A stretch of DNA of 64,000 nucleotides from Octopus vulgaris (lineage: Eukaryota), in the NCBI GenBank assembly GCA_951406725.2, contig OX597815.1:155124001-155188000 (forward strand). Direction: 5' to 3'. The notes beneath the pieces were generated by a model. It did no database searches and was not told the DNA's origin. It was given only the letters and a program-made list of their open reading frames with translations. Shown here piece after piece: positions 53,507 through 64,000 of this stretch. The position numbers and the translations under genes were made by a program. Positions within the stretch are counted from its first letter, which is position 1, and each line of letters begins with the position of its first letter.

Positions 53507-53686
53507 CAATAACGCTCATCCACGCATCTGATTGAATACTGCCCCTTTGAGCTAAATATTTTAAAGTTTCTTCTTCGTTAAAATAATAAGACGAATCACA
53601 CTTCCCGGCCAGAAAAGAAACGTGAGACCATGGATCCTGTCCTTCTTTATCGTATTTATAAATGCTAAACAAAACTGAAGAGTGTC
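53507..53686 (-). CDS. Possible internal exon of an unidentified host gene (180 nt, phase 1-1)
   Basis: Polypyrimidine tract + ctaat + cag acceptor; G|gtaaat donor; open frame HSSVLFSIYKYDKEGQDPWSHVSFLAGKCDSSYYFNEEETLKYLAQRGSIQSDAWMSVI; no family recognised. Confidence 0.3.
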
Positions 53687-54743
53687 CTGTGAGATTAGAG
53701 TGCAGTGAGTGAGAAGAACAAAGGAAATCGTGACCAAAAGTTTAACTCGAAGCATAAGACAGAGTTTATTGATTCAAAAGAAGATATTTGTGCTATTCCA
53801 GCTCCTGCTCACTCACAGACCCACTAAATATAACAATAACAATAAAAACAAACAAACAATAATGAGATTTAAACTGGAAATAGTGTTAAACCGGTTGATT
53901 TATTATTCAGAAGCATCTGGTGATATTTTGTTATTTTAACTGAACGTTGAAGGGTAAATACTATTAATCTTGTTCTGATAATTTCTGGATAAAAATGATA
54001 AACACGAACTCAATAAAATTGAAAGTCTTTGCAGAATTTGGTCGTTGGATATGCCAATAAGATAAAGTCCAATTTTCGATTTAAAATTGTATAAATTCTT
54101 TTGATAAAAATCGAGAAATTCCCATCCATTTCATTGTTATTCATAAGGTTTTAGCTATAAGCTTGCTTCTCACGTGGTCTTATATAAAAGCAAGGTCCTG
54201 CAACACAAACTAACAAGGCTATATTTTAATTAAATTCCAGCTATAAATGGAATCGATTCTTTTTCTCCTGGAAGAAGTATTCAATTCTATATTTTGGTTG
54301 TTTGCTTAATATCATCTCGTAGTAACTTTAAGTTATAGCCAAACATTCTTCGTCTGCCGACTAAACAGAGTCGGTGAAGTCGATAAATATTAGCCGACGG
54401 GTCCGCGGGTCCTGTCATCTTGTCAGTACTGCACTGCGTTCTTGGCAGAGAGAGTTAAATGTGAACAAGCAAGTCCATTTGTCCGTAAATTAGTTTTATG
54501 AAGTAGAATAAGTCAGCCATGCAAGCAGCAAGGCTGTAATATAATCAAAGTATTTTGTTAACTTGCTGAGCTGATCTCTAAATCTCTATTCTTCCTATTG
54601 GCAAAACACATAGCAGACTGGCATTCACTACATAAATACAGAAGTCTAACAACTGAATACATTAAAAAATTGTGACAAACATTATCACACTGAAGAACCT
54701 TCTAGTTAATGAATGACAACTACAAAAAGGGATACGCACACAC

Positions 54744-54812
<69 letters not shown>

Positions 54813-56060
54813 AACAGTTACACACAGAATTATCAAAAATTAATAATTTACTTCGGATGGAAAATCTCGGCTGTCATTGAGTATAAATCGTTTCGCTCGG
54901 TACTGTACCAATTGAGAGGTTACTTATGTAATGATGTCTCCAATTTGAATATATAACTCTAGTCGCGGAACCATGACCAGTATTGATTTAGGGTCACTGT
55001 AGGAAAAAGCTGATTATGTAACTGGAATTCTGACCATGCACTCACACCAGCTCTCTTCACACCACTAATGTTATGCAAGGGAAAGTCCAATGCCTTAGAG
55101 ATGACAAAATGAGCTTCAATGTCGTCGCAGGCGTTGCTTTCAGAACACAAAACGTCAGATTAGATACTACAAAACCTCATAGTCCACGCTCAAACACTTG
55201 CGCTGATTCACTGCCTTGGATTAGTGATTTTTTTATCAACCTTGAAGGGAACCTTGACATTCAAGTACTCGAGTTGATGTAATCAACTTACCTCTCTCTC
55301 TTAAAACGGCTAGCCTTGTGCTAGACCATATAAAGTATCTAATGAACAGAGTCGGATAAATTACTTTGCAGTAACTGTTCCACATCTCTCTCCTTCCTTC
55401 ACTTTTTCTGTCTCCACCCAACTCTCTCTCAGCTACATTCAGACTCAGGGAGAACGACATAAGTTCCCCCAAGTTTGCCCAGTATACACGCCGCAATGTG
55501 ACGATGACATCCCAACAACTGCATTTTGCCTACTATATATTAGGAACAATCATTATTTTAACATATAACGTACTGAGTATAAAGCAGTGTAGTTATAGGT
55601 TATCAGTTATCAAAGTCAATGTTATATTTTGATTCTCTATTGGGTCCGTATGAATATCAAAATCAATAAAGGTTAAGTATTCTCGCTTTTACAATTTTAT
55701 TGCTCTGGTTATCTACATTATTCTTATAAAAAATGGAAGGAGCGAGTGATTGCTCAATCTGTTTGAAATAGTATATAAATCTACTTCAAACTGCATCCTG
55801 AAGTTTTCAAAATGCATATATTGCATAATGAAATCGTAGACAGTTATCGCTCGAAATGAGAAGAGATGGTCATAAATGAATAGCCATTAATCATAGATCT
55901 GCTTAGTCGAGTCTGACCTTGGAATACACATTAACAAACACGTAGACGTTTCTGAATCACAGAAAAATGTGATCTATAATCTTTTATCTTTTACTTGTTT
56001 CCGCCATTCGAATATAGCCCGTCGTTGAAGAGTTTAGCGGAAGAAATCGACATCAGCACA

Positions 56061-56094
<34 letters not shown>

Positions 56095-56159
56095 CGTGTG
56101 TGTGTATGTGTCAGAGTGCGTGTGTCTGTGTGTGTGTCTGTGTGTACAATATATATATG

Positions 56160-56262
<103 letters not shown>

Positions 56263-56369
56263 ACGGACTTCCGCATAGTTGCCGTTTATCAAATTCACTC
56301 ACTCGGCATTGGTCGGTTCAAAGCTATACTGAGTTTCTTAACCACACAGCTATGACCTCTTTAAAGTTG

Positions 56370-57250
56370 AAGATCTGTCTATTCCATGCATTTTGAAGAA
56401 ACTGAAACCAGTGGAAATCTGAAGGTGTAAGAGAACGGCAAAATTTCCCAGCCAGGCTCCTAGGAACATCTTCCTTATCTGCAAATAATTATATGGGCCG
56501 ACATGATTGTATGATCGGCAGTGCCCTAACGATTAGCAAGTGTTGAACGCTTCTGGGGGATCGCTGCGCTTAATTCGTCCAACTGGTCACAAAACACATC
56601 CGAATTGATGGCAGTGCAGGAGAAGCTTGTAAAAGCTTCTAATACTACTAAATTGTAAGCATAACCATCTTTGGGTGAATTCCTGCTCTCGAGAACCTTT
56701 GTAGTAGTTCGCCGATCTTCCCCCATGATCGTTTGGGCTTCACATTATTACAGACGATCCACTTTTGGTTCCGTGCCACAATTTCTTACAAGAAAAGAAC
56801 GTTTACTTCACGTCTCTCTAATGAATAACAGATGGAAATCCATTGGGCGATGTTAACCTTCTTCAATTGATGCAGAACCAAAACATCGAGCCTGTTGACG
56901 TAACCAAGTTGGCGTAGATCGTTTTCCACACTCCGTTTGGATATCTAGAGAATATCCTCGACAATTCTGGTCGTATAACAGGGTGGGAGTGACGTTGGTG
57001 CTGCAGTTAATCTCAGTTAACCGGCCAAAATGCGGTGAATCTTGAAGCGAAAAATTTCAGATCGAATCTTGAAAATCACTGTAACAGCAGCCTCTCCGTA
57101 CACAGCGCATATCTTCCTGCAGGTTTCCGCTGCTTTCTTGCAGCATGTGGTGTTGATAACGTTCGGTTTGGCTCCCCATTTTCAGGATGTTCTTCAAGAT
57201 TAGTGCCGACAAAAAACTTGAATACTAGACTCTACACACCGAGCGTGTAC
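56370..57250 (-). mobile_element. Decayed mariner transposase
   Basis: KAAETCRKICAVYGEAAVT, TAINSDVFCDQLDELSAAIPQKRSTLANR, PGWEILP. Confidence 0.8.
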
Positions 57251-57676
57251 TAAGCACAGAAGTCTCGACAATATAATGCTTCAATGTAGTCATGAAAATC
57301 TCGTATCTTTAAACACAAAGTCACAATAATAATACATGTAGCAGTTTTATACTTCAAGATCATTTCTCTTGGACAACATACAATTAATCTCTCAAAGTCG
57401 CTAATATCACATTGGTGTACAATCTCTGATGATTTTCCTGACACTCTTTCATACTTTACCTTACTTGGACAGTATCCCAATAGTTAATTTTTAATCTTCT
57501 GCCTTTTTATGAAAGAAAAAAGTTCAGTTGATTGAAATTTATCTGTTATTTCTAGCAGTTCGAGAGACGATAATGAGTGCTTCTCATTAGCTGATATAGC
57601 TTTCCGGCTGGGTTCTGATGTCGTGTACCAGCGTGAAGTACGTTTCGTTGATTTCTTATTGTTTATCCTCATGTAT

Positions 57677-57980
57677 GAAGGTGCGTGGCTTAGTGGTTGG
57701 GGTAATCGGCTCACAATAGTAAGGTCGTCAGTTCGATTCTCGGCGGCATGTTGTGTCCATGAGCAAGACACTTTATTTCACATTACTCCACTTCATTCGA
57801 ATGGCCAAAATTAGTTGTACCTGTAATTGAAAGGACCAGCCTTATCACATACTGTGTCGCGCTAAATATCCCTGAGAACTTCGTTAAAAGTAGACGTGTC
57901 TGTGGAATGAGTGCTCAACCGCTTACACGTTAATTTCATTGATCGGATCAACTGGAACCCCAATTATCATAATCGACGTA
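57677..57980 (+). mobile_element. tRNA-derived V-SINE-like element
   Basis: A-box tggcttagtgg, B-box gttcgattc, tgttgtgtccatgagcaagacactttatttcac. Confidence 0.8.
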
Positions 57981-58344
57981 CCAGTTGTCCTCTGGGGTAA
58001 ACCTTATCAAACAGATACATGACCAAGGGCGTTTCATCCCCATGATTATGCCTCCCGTTCTTCAGACTAGGGTATCTAAAACTACTTAATCCAGCGTGTC
58101 TTTATTTTTAGCGACAGCTTAGAAGATTCCTTTGGGAAAATCAGACAGGTGGAACGTAACCTATACATAGGACGTGGCACTGGTCTGCAACACATCAACT
58201 TGTTATAAAATATCAAAGTAATTCTCTGTCGTATTAACACGGAACTTAGTCTTTCTACTAATGAATTTTCTTTAGTCCATAAGACATGTAACAGTAATAG
58301 TTCATAAGACTAATTTCATCGATCTTGCAAACTGACGATTATTA

Positions 58345-58373
58345 ATACATTCTTCTTCTTTTTCTTCTTCTTC

Positions 58374-58432
<59 letters not shown>

Positions 58433-58549
58433 GTTGTTGTTGTGGTTGCTGTTGTTTTTGTTGTAGTTGCTGCTATTATTGTTCTTCTTCTTCTTCTTTT
58501 TCTTCTTCTTCTTCTTCTTCTTCTTCTTCTTCTTCTCCTTCTTCTTTTT

Positions 58550-58626
<77 letters not shown>

Positions 58627-58637
58627 CATCATTATTA

Positions 58638-58707
<70 letters not shown>

Positions 58708-58720
58708 CATCATTATTATT
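58345..58720. repeat. (TTC)n/(TTA)n/(TTG)n trinucleotide array
   Basis: Direct inspection. Confidence 0.95.
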
Positions 58721-58995
58721 CTAAAGTTATTACATGTACATGCTAATTTAATTAGCGGCGATGTTATCCTGAGATTTGCTGACAACAATTCTCTTCAAAT
58801 ATCATGAATCTTTCTTGGAATACAAAATGGCACCTTTCTGCAAGTCAATAATGTGTGTTTCAATTTCAAAATCCTTCTGCCACTTGGGTAGCAATTTGGG
58901 TGTTGTGCAGAGCGCACTACATACCAAAGGAACAATTGTAGCTTTTTTGTTTCATAACCTCTTCATCTCTCGGGTTAGGTTCTAATATTCCTCTT
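58720..58995 (-). mobile_element. Decayed R4/Dong-like 3' end abutting (TAA)n
   Basis: MKRL*NKKATIVPLVCSALCTTPK...IDLQKGAIL. Confidence 0.65.
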
Positions 58996-59154
58996 TGCTA
59001 TCCATTCTATTATCATATGGTATTTCAAAAATCTATGATATTACAGTATTGTTTTTACCTTTCCTTTTACATTTGTTTTACCTTTGTTTTTACTTTTGTT
59101 GTCAGGAATGTTCGTGCCTATTTTTAAAGGCACGAAAAAGGTCAATTATTATTA

Positions 59155-59206
<52 letters not shown>

Positions 59207-59861
59207 TAATAATAATAATAATAATAATATCGATGCGTTTTGGGAAAATGGACGAAGGAGACAATTCCAGAAAGATATCGCTCTGGGTTATACAACTGAG
59301 GAAAATGTTTCTTATTGGAGTTTGACGTTAGAGAGATCAGAGGAGTGGCAAGAAGAGAAGTAGTAAGACTATCAGACAATAAGTAATATAAAATGATACA
59401 CTGATATCGGTTTTCTCATATTTCTTCTGATTGTAACCCGAGAGATTCGAGCTTATTTTACATTTTCTGAAAGTTGTAACCGAAAGGCTACAACAATCTT
59501 CTATAACAAATCATTAGAAATGAAAATGAATGACTGTTCTCGATACCATTTCTATTCGTTGAACACACTCACTTCTAAGACAACGTATTTTCATACATTT
59601 ACTGAGTGTATTTAAGAAAGAAGAAAAAGTAAAAGTGTGAATGAATACATTGGTAATCTCTTTGGATATGATGCTCCTTTTCATGTAGATCTTTCTAAGA
59701 AGTTACAAATCCATAGATTTGCAGCCGGTATTAAGAATAGCCGTGTAGATCCATTTATCGAGAGGTTTTCTGTAAAACGCAAAAGGCAAAGACCGAAGAG
59801 TATGAACGCGAAGAAGATAAATATGTATGTGTGTCTATCTATCTATCTATCTATATATATA

Positions 59862-59903
<42 letters not shown>

Positions 59904-59912
59904 CCTACCTAC

Positions 59913-59964
<52 letters not shown>

Positions 59965-60914
59965 TTATCTATCTTTCTCTCTCTCAGTCAATATATATTT
60001 ATATATATATCTATATAGAGAGAAAGGATATTGATTAAAGCCATACGGTTGAAATATGCTGTGATTAAACCACGAGACAATTAAGATAATGCTTTGCAAG
60101 CACGTCACGTGAGACATATCGACGCTGAAAGAATCATCCGGGACAAAACGCTTTAGCAGTGATATCTGAAGCAGTTGTTCTAAGTAAAACATCTGCGATC
60201 CTGTGGTTGAGTATAATCGAAACAAAGATTCGAAGGATCGTATCTCTGCAGCAGCACTGCCAATACGCTTAATTTCCGGTAATCCATACTACCGATCAGT
60301 AAATAGTAACCAATAGGCGTAGGAATGGCTGTGTGGAAAGTAGCTTGCTTACCAACCACATGGTTCCGGGTTCAGTCCCAGTGTCTTCTACTATTGCCTC
60401 TGGCCGACCAAAGCCTTGTGAGTGGATTTGGTAGACGGAAACATAAAGAGCCCGCCGTATGTATGTATGTATGTATGTATGTATGTATGTATGTATGTAT
60501 GTATGTATGTATGTATGTATGTATGTATGTATGTATATATATATGTGTGTATGTGTGTGTATGTGTGTGTGTGTTTGTGTGTGGGCTATTCGATCTGAAG
60601 AAAATTCTAACTGGGCACCACCTGCAAGTACATGCATTGTTTATCTCGATATGAGATCACCATCTCGCTCACATATGGTTATTTTGCATGTACCTGGTGT
60701 ACTCTTATCAGACAGGTAGTCATGATGAGTATATTGGGCTTCGTATACTTGTACTCCATAGTAATTTTAATGGCATGCACTACTCTCTCGCTCAAAAATA
60801 ATAATAAGAAGAAGAAGAACAACAGCAACAATAATAATAATGATTAACGGAATCCATAACAAAACCAAGCGAAAGAACGGTGGCGGATAATCATAAATAT
60901 TATAAATTAGTGAT

Positions 60915-61165
60915 TTAGGAGTTACTCACACACATAAGCGGAAGGCATATCATTTGTATAAAGTTGGATGAAACATTTCCCTTTTCAAGATCTTTGGCAC
61001 ATAATAATGTCTTTCCCTCTGTCATCCAACTGGGTACTGCGCCTTCCTTCAAGCACTCATCTAGCTGTTGTGCTATCCTTTCATGGAGCTCTCTCAGCTT
61101 CTTCATCCAATACTCTTGGATCCCATCCTATACTGGGATCTTCCAATTTTGCAATTCCGTCGGAC
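60915..61165 (-). mobile_element. R4/Dong-like RT N-terminal fragment
   Basis: NWKIPV*DGIQEYWMKKLRELHERIAQQL...PSWMTEGKTLLCAKD..KG..SNF..ICLP. Confidence 0.8.
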
Positions 61166-61229
61166 ACTGAAAAGTTGTTACCACTGTGCCTGCGGAGTCC
61201 TATCACGAGTTCTATCATTATTATTATTA

Positions 61230-61299
<70 letters not shown>

Positions 61300-61304
61300 C
61301 ATTG

Positions 61305-61860
61305 TATTTGCACAGCTTCTAACGTTGGAGATGTACTACGGTGTCAGCTGTTCACTACCAGTGAACTAAGATAAGACCCCTTAATTTTCGAGCACCATCC
61401 GGAGTATTCGAACGGTTACAAGCAGTGCTGTTTTCTACAAGTGCTCAACCCTTATTGCAGCTCCCTTTTGTTTCATGTACTTCTCACGATTTTACTCACT
61501 GTTCCCAGTGCTCCTATAATTATTGGCACTACTACCACCTTTTTCAGCGACCACAACTGCTTAACCAAGCCAGCATGTCATATCTATCGACTTTTCTTTC
61601 TTCCTTATTCCATACCTTGTTGTCAGCTGGGCATGCTATATCTGTGATCCAGAATCGTGTGCTTTCTTTCTCAATTAACACTATGTTTGCATTATCATTT
61701 TCGATGATGTCTTCGGGTTCATACTTGCTGCAAAGTGTCCAATGAACAATCCTTGCTATGTTGTCATGACGTCTCTTATATTCTCTCTGGGCTAGTGCCG
61801 TACATTGACTGGTAATATGCCATACGGTTTCACCATTTTGTCCACAAATTCTGCGCTTAT
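61305..61860 (-). mobile_element. R4/Dong-like CCHC + RLE fragment ending in (TAA)n
   Basis: RICGQNGETVWHITSQC..LAQREYKRRHDNIARIVHW, VVPIIIGALGTV. Confidence 0.85.
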
Positions 61861-62269
61861 AACTTATTACTATTTTTGTTGTTGTTGTTATTATTAATGT
61901 TGTTGTTGTTGTTTTTCTTGTTGTCGTTATTATTGGCCCTTTTTTAACCCTTGTATACTATGTATATGTCCCCTCTTTTTCAGTGTATACCGTGTGCACT
62001 TAGTCTCTTTTTATTTTTAAATTTATAATTTCATTATATGTAAACCCCCACACTTTGTGTCTGTCTTTGTATTGTCCCCCTCATTCTGCGCCCTTGTGGC
62101 AAATAAATGAAATCATTATTATTACTATTATTATTATCACTATTGTTATTGTTTTACTTCTCAGAACGTTCGGTCTTGTTCGTACTGATATATTCTGTGA
62201 GAGCGGGCAGCAGCCTGCCGCCAGAAGTCTCACAGTATCTCTTTCTTCACATTATATGCTTATCGTGGA

Positions 62270-63015
62270 TATATGATTATCGTGGGAGACATTTAACATC
62301 CAATTAACAATCTCAAAGGCCTAGCTGTCCCCAGCAGAGTAGATTTTGGGTTTACTCTGTTCTCATGTCAATTCCGATTTCTTTGACATATATCTCGAAC
62401 TTGATTGTTAGTGCACTGATGCCCCTGCAACTACTGGAATGACAGACACACTCCTCATAGTCCACATTCTTGCAATTTCGTCTTTCAGTAGTCTGTACTT
62501 TTCAAACTTTTCTAGTTCTTTGTTATTTATGCTTTCATTTCCAGGTATTGCAATATCTATGATCTTGGTTTCCTTTTTTCCTTTATCTACCACAACAATA
62601 CCTGGTCTCCGAGCATCGATTAGGGAGTCACATTGGATTGTAAAATTCCACAGTATCTTATGTTCCCTGTTTCTGGTGACTCCTTCTGGTTCATGTATAT
62701 AGCATTTCCGTGTTCTGTTCAGGCCACACTTTTCACATAACCTCCAGTGCACGAACCTAGCCACGTTGTCGTGCCTCCATTTGTAACGCTTTTGGACTAG
62801 CTTCCTACACTCACAATATGTGAGATTGTTTCCTTTCTGTTTCCACACATCCTACATGGGGTGATTTGCTATTCTTGTCTATTTGGAATTTGTTGTAATT
62901 AGTTCTCAGAACTCGTTCTTGGATTCTGCATATCAATGCTTCTGTGCATTCTTTCAGATTACTTTTTCTTAGCCATCTCCAAGTGTTGAACTTACCTTTT
63001 CCTTCGATGTCTCTG
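62270..63015 (-). mobile_element. R4/Dong-like CCHC + PD-(D/E)xK endonuclease fragment
   Basis: ORF 62408-62848: YKWRHDNVARFVHW, ILWNFTIQCD..IDARRPGIVVVDK, IIDIAIP, EKFEKY..L. Confidence 0.9.
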
Positions 63016-63083
63016 GGTTATTGACCTTGCAGTGGTTTGATTTTCCAATTGTTTACTGTTTCTTCTTTATCTTATTTCTTAAA

Positions 63084-63485
63084 CTAGCTCTATGGCCCGG
63101 CGTTGCCGGGTCTAGTGCTAGTCAAGCATATTTGGTCTTTCATGAAAATCTCGCTCTCTTGTCATTCACTTGGTCTAACTCGTTAATTATTCCGTGCATT
63201 TCTCAAATCAAAAAAGTGTGCACGTTTGAAAGCCAAAACATCGTAAGATACAAAATACGCTGAGTCATACAAACTGTCTGCAAATGCGCACGCGCATTCA
63301 ACTGCTGGGATTATGAGGTCGGTTTATCGATTTTTTAATGGCTTTCTGTGGTTACTGGAGAAATAAAAAGATCTTCACGAAAGCCCATAGAAAATGCGAG
63401 CCTTTTACGTGAAAAACTGGTTTTGTATAAATGATACACAGACACACAAATACACAGACATTTTTGCCGTTTATAGATATAGAGA
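63084..63485 (-). mobile_element. Non-autonomous Helitron inserted in the R4/Dong remnant
   Basis: 5'-TC at 63485; hairpin cccggcaacgccggg; CTAG|T at 63084. Confidence 0.8.
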
Positions 63486-64000
63486 TGTTTGTGGGTGCAT
63501 CGCATTTTCGGTAGGAATTATATTGTTAATTCTAACAGTGGCAAGCAAGGACTCACTCTATTGTTTGATGTACTATCCACGACTGTTCTCCTCGTTGACA
63601 ACACAGATCTTGCATCCTATGAGACCTCTTCCCCTTCAGTCTCTAGGCACATACAGCCTGTCAGTATCGCTTTTGCGGCGTACTTCTTTGTAAATTGTCA
63701 TCACTTCTCTAGTATTCCTGTCCGTTTTCTCAAGCTCGTTCTTTGTTCACCTAACAACACCTGTGCTGTATCACATTACGGAAGAAAACAGCCCATGTGT
63801 TCATTGCCTTATTTTGTTTTTTTTTCCATTGAGTCTACTACTTCCCATAATTAACATTATTATTATTCCAGACTGGGCGTTTGACTAGAATGTTATCAGG
63901 CACTCACAGCCCTCTATCAGTCGGGCAATGGGATCGGTAGATGTTTCGCTTTAGAAATTTATAGACGATTAGTGACGAGGAAGTGCGACGACGTTCTCAA

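Overview
Eukaryotic, AT-rich, extremely microsatellite- and transposon-dense DNA. The repeat landscape (tRNA-derived SINEs, Penelope-like elements, R4/Dong, Tx1, RTE and CR1 LINE fragments, Tc1/mariner, Helitrons) looks like an octopus/cephalopod genome (inference). No host gene can be called with confidence, and most ORF-track entries are microsatellite artefacts. The notable content is RNA structure. At least 8 short type-I hammerhead ribozyme motifs sit in or near Penelope-type repeats, including C3:G8, U3:A8 and G3:C8 core variants. Two, possibly three, unrelated repeat families also carry a hammerhead core whose three conserved segments occur in an order (UH, then GAAA, then CUGANGA) that is not one of the circular permutations I, II or III. 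This implies a pseudoknotted or trans-assembled hammerhead, and one copy has a textbook kink-turn in the extended stem III. All structures were folded by eye and are untested.
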